From Nostoc punctiforme PCC 73102 (GTDB lineage Bacteria > Cyanobacteriota > Cyanobacteriia > Cyanobacteriales > Nostocaceae): a stretch of 32,000 nucleotides of DNA. Below, piece by piece: positions 30,727-32,000 of this stretch (position 1 is its first letter; every line of letters starts with the position of its first letter). The position numbers and the translations under genes are program-made. The stretch covers positions 30,001 to 62,000 of the forward strand of contig NC_010632.1 of assembly GCF_000020025.1 (NCBI RefSeq). Direction: 5' to 3'. The notes beneath the pieces were generated by a model. That model saw only the letters and a program-made list of their open reading frames with translations, was not told the origin of the DNA and searched no databases.

Positions 30727-31620
30727 TTATCCGTGTGAATTAAATCTGACCAACAACTCTTCACGGGATAACTGAAGGCATAGCGGAGTAAATTCTTCTG
30801 GTGTTAACTGCAATAAACTATCGACTACTCTCGCTAATTCTTCATCCACAGAACCAAACCGGAATCTCAACAAGTTTTCTACAACTTGACGGCGTTCTTG
30901 TTGCACTCCTTGCTGTTTAGTAGTTTCTTCCCACTGCTGATAAGCTTGCGACAAATTCATAATTAATTCCTGCTCATCTTCCGTTAAAGTTTCTTGCTGT
31001 TGAACTATAATGACCCGCAAATTAGTAATCAGTTTGAGAGTATTCTGTCTTAATTGGTTGCTTTCGGGTAGTGCCAGCAATTCATCAATGGCAGTACGTT
31101 GCGTTTCGCCTCTACCCAAAATTCTCAGCCATAATGTTTCTTCTGTTACTGGTAGCTCGTTAACCGCTACTATTGCTGCCCTAAAACATTTCTGGAAAAA
31201 GTAAACTCCCCTGCTCCACTTTTCTAAATCTAGTTTAACCTCTAAATCCTCCAACAGAGAGGCGGAAGTACTGGGCGATATAATCCACAAACGAGCTAAA
31301 CTATCTTCTGGTAAGCTGGTTTTCTCTCGCTTGGCTTTGCGTTGTGAGTCTGCAATCACGGTGAACAGTTTCAGAAAACAGTTGCGTACCTCTGACCTAG
31401 TGGGTTGATTGCGAAATGGTTCCAAGAGTGCCGTATTTAGTACAGCGATTCTACCTAATAATCCAAGATTTTGAGCTTGGGCAGTTGGTGTGCTTGTAAA
31501 CAAAACGTCAACAAATCTGGCTTCATCAGTGACTTGTTTGTTAACTTCTACTCTACCTAAAGGAGACAACAACTCCTCTAATAATTCCTTAGAAAACTGA
31601 TCGTAAGGCTTGCTAGTCAT
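30727..31620 (-). CDS. Rpn/PD-(D/E)XK-like N-terminal region with a DUF4351-like C-terminus (cyanobacterial putative transposase/nuclease family)
   Basis: The N-terminus YDQFSKELLEELLSPLGRVEVNKQVTDEARFVDVLF and the C-terminus VENLLRFRFGSVDEELARVVDSLLQLTPEEFTPLCLQLSREELLVRF match patterns common in multi-copy cyanobacterial DUF4351 proteins (recalled from memory). Confidence 0.6.
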   Translation of the reverse strand: MTSKPYDQFSKELLEELLSPLGRVEVNKQVTDEARFVDVLFTSTPTAQAQNLGLLGRIAVLNTALLEPFRNQPTRSEVRNCFLKLFTVIADSQRKAKREKTSLPEDSLARLWIISPSTSASLLEDLEVKLDLEKWSRGVYFFQKCFRAAIVAVNELPVTEETLWLRILGRGETQRTAIDELLALPESNQLRQNTLKLITNLRVIIVQQQETLTEDEQELIMNLSQAYQQWEETTKQQGVQQERRQVVENLLRFRFGSVDEELARVVDSLLQLTPEEFTPLCLQLSREELLVRFNSHG

Positions 31621-31698
31621 GTTTTAAAGACAAACTGTATTTTATTTTACAAGGATTGGTTATGGTTGCATGGTGGGTTTTAATACCCACCATTTCAG

Positions 31699-31971
31699 TT
31701 ACGCTGCTACTAACTCCCGACAAACTTGCGGCAGTTCAATCGGAGCAGTTGTCCTGGATAGAACCTCTACAGCCTCTTTCACACTCCAGTACCGTACTCC
31801 ATCGCCACAGCGCCAATAGTAAGTCTTGGGGTCGTTTTCCCATAACTCATCAGCGTTTCTAACCTTGAAGAGTATGCCCAAAAACTCACCATCTAGATAG
31901 ACGTTGTGAGCCGTCTGGAGGTCAGTGCGTCCTACATAAGTTAGTCGATAGCCGTCCACTGGTTTGCACAA
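31699..31971 (-). CDS. Hypothetical protein; the frame stays open to the window edge, so it may be 5'-partial
   Basis: The track start at 31971 is a TTG. The same frame has no stop up to nt 32000. Confidence 0.35.
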   Translation of the reverse strand: MCKPVDGYRLTYVGRTDLQTAHNVYLDGEFLGILFKVRNADELWENDPKTYYWRCGDGVRYWSVKEAVEVLSRTTAPIELPQVCRELVAA

Positions 31972-32000
31972 GTCTTCTGCGCGAGTACCGCGATACCCAC

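Noticed and set aside
31010-31862. Plus-strand ORFs 31010-31204 and 31656-31862
   Set aside because: They are antisense to, or overlap, better-supported minus-strand ORFs, and have no motifs.
1-32000. tRNA, rRNA or tmRNA genes
   Set aside because: A scan of both strands for conserved T-loop/acceptor-type strings (GGTTCGAATCC-like) and rRNA-like segments found none. This was a by-eye scan and is not exhaustive.

Overview
This looks like an accessory-type segment from a filamentous, Nostocales-like cyanobacterium. That origin is inferred from many HIP1 octamers (GCGATCGC), an STRR-like heptamer array, GUN4-like and CHAT domains, an NHLM-type bacteriocin exporter and AT-rich intergenic DNA. No BLAST or HMM search was possible, so every family call rests on motifs read by eye. 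Layout: (1) 1-776 is the right end of an ISL3-type IS. It abuts, and probably truncates, a minus-strand module at 727-3958 made of an RHH protein, a small membrane protein and a CHAT/P-loop STAND/GUN4-like protein. (2) 4.1-7.3 kb holds an acidic hypothetical protein, a LuxR-type regulator and a hypothetical protein. (3) 7.5-12.9 kb is a plus-strand putative signalling operon: AraC HTH, a dCache-HAMP sensor with no output domain, a MinD/ParA-like ATPase with an RGG Walker A, an HExxH protein and a tandem cNMP-binding protein. (4) 12.9-14.4 kb is a toxin-antitoxin islet: DUF2281-like antitoxin plus MazF/PemK, and a convergent VapBC. The MazF ORF is fused to a duplicated copy of the 3' end of the cNMP gene. 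(5) 14.5-23.6 kb is a compact RiPP gene cluster. It has a tandem-repeat regulatory region, two double-glycine-leader precursors whose cores each carry two N-x-x-C motifs, one radical SAM enzyme and a HlyD + C39-ABC + second-ABC exporter. (6) 23.7-32 kb is an all-minus-strand accessory block. It encodes a WGR protein, an AAA+ ATPase, a TAG-interrupted coupled ORF, DUF2997-like and DUF1257-like proteins, a coiled-coil protein, a four-helix-bundle (23S rRNA IVS-protein family) gene bracketed by inverted heptamer arrays, and a DUF4351/Rpn-like protein. No rRNA, tRNA or CRISPR array was seen. The best candidates for something undescribed are the rSAM/N-x-x-C RiPP cluster and the WGR/AAA+/DUF1257/DUF2997 operon. 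The CHAT-STAND module and the Cache-ParA-HExxH-cNMP operon rank next.
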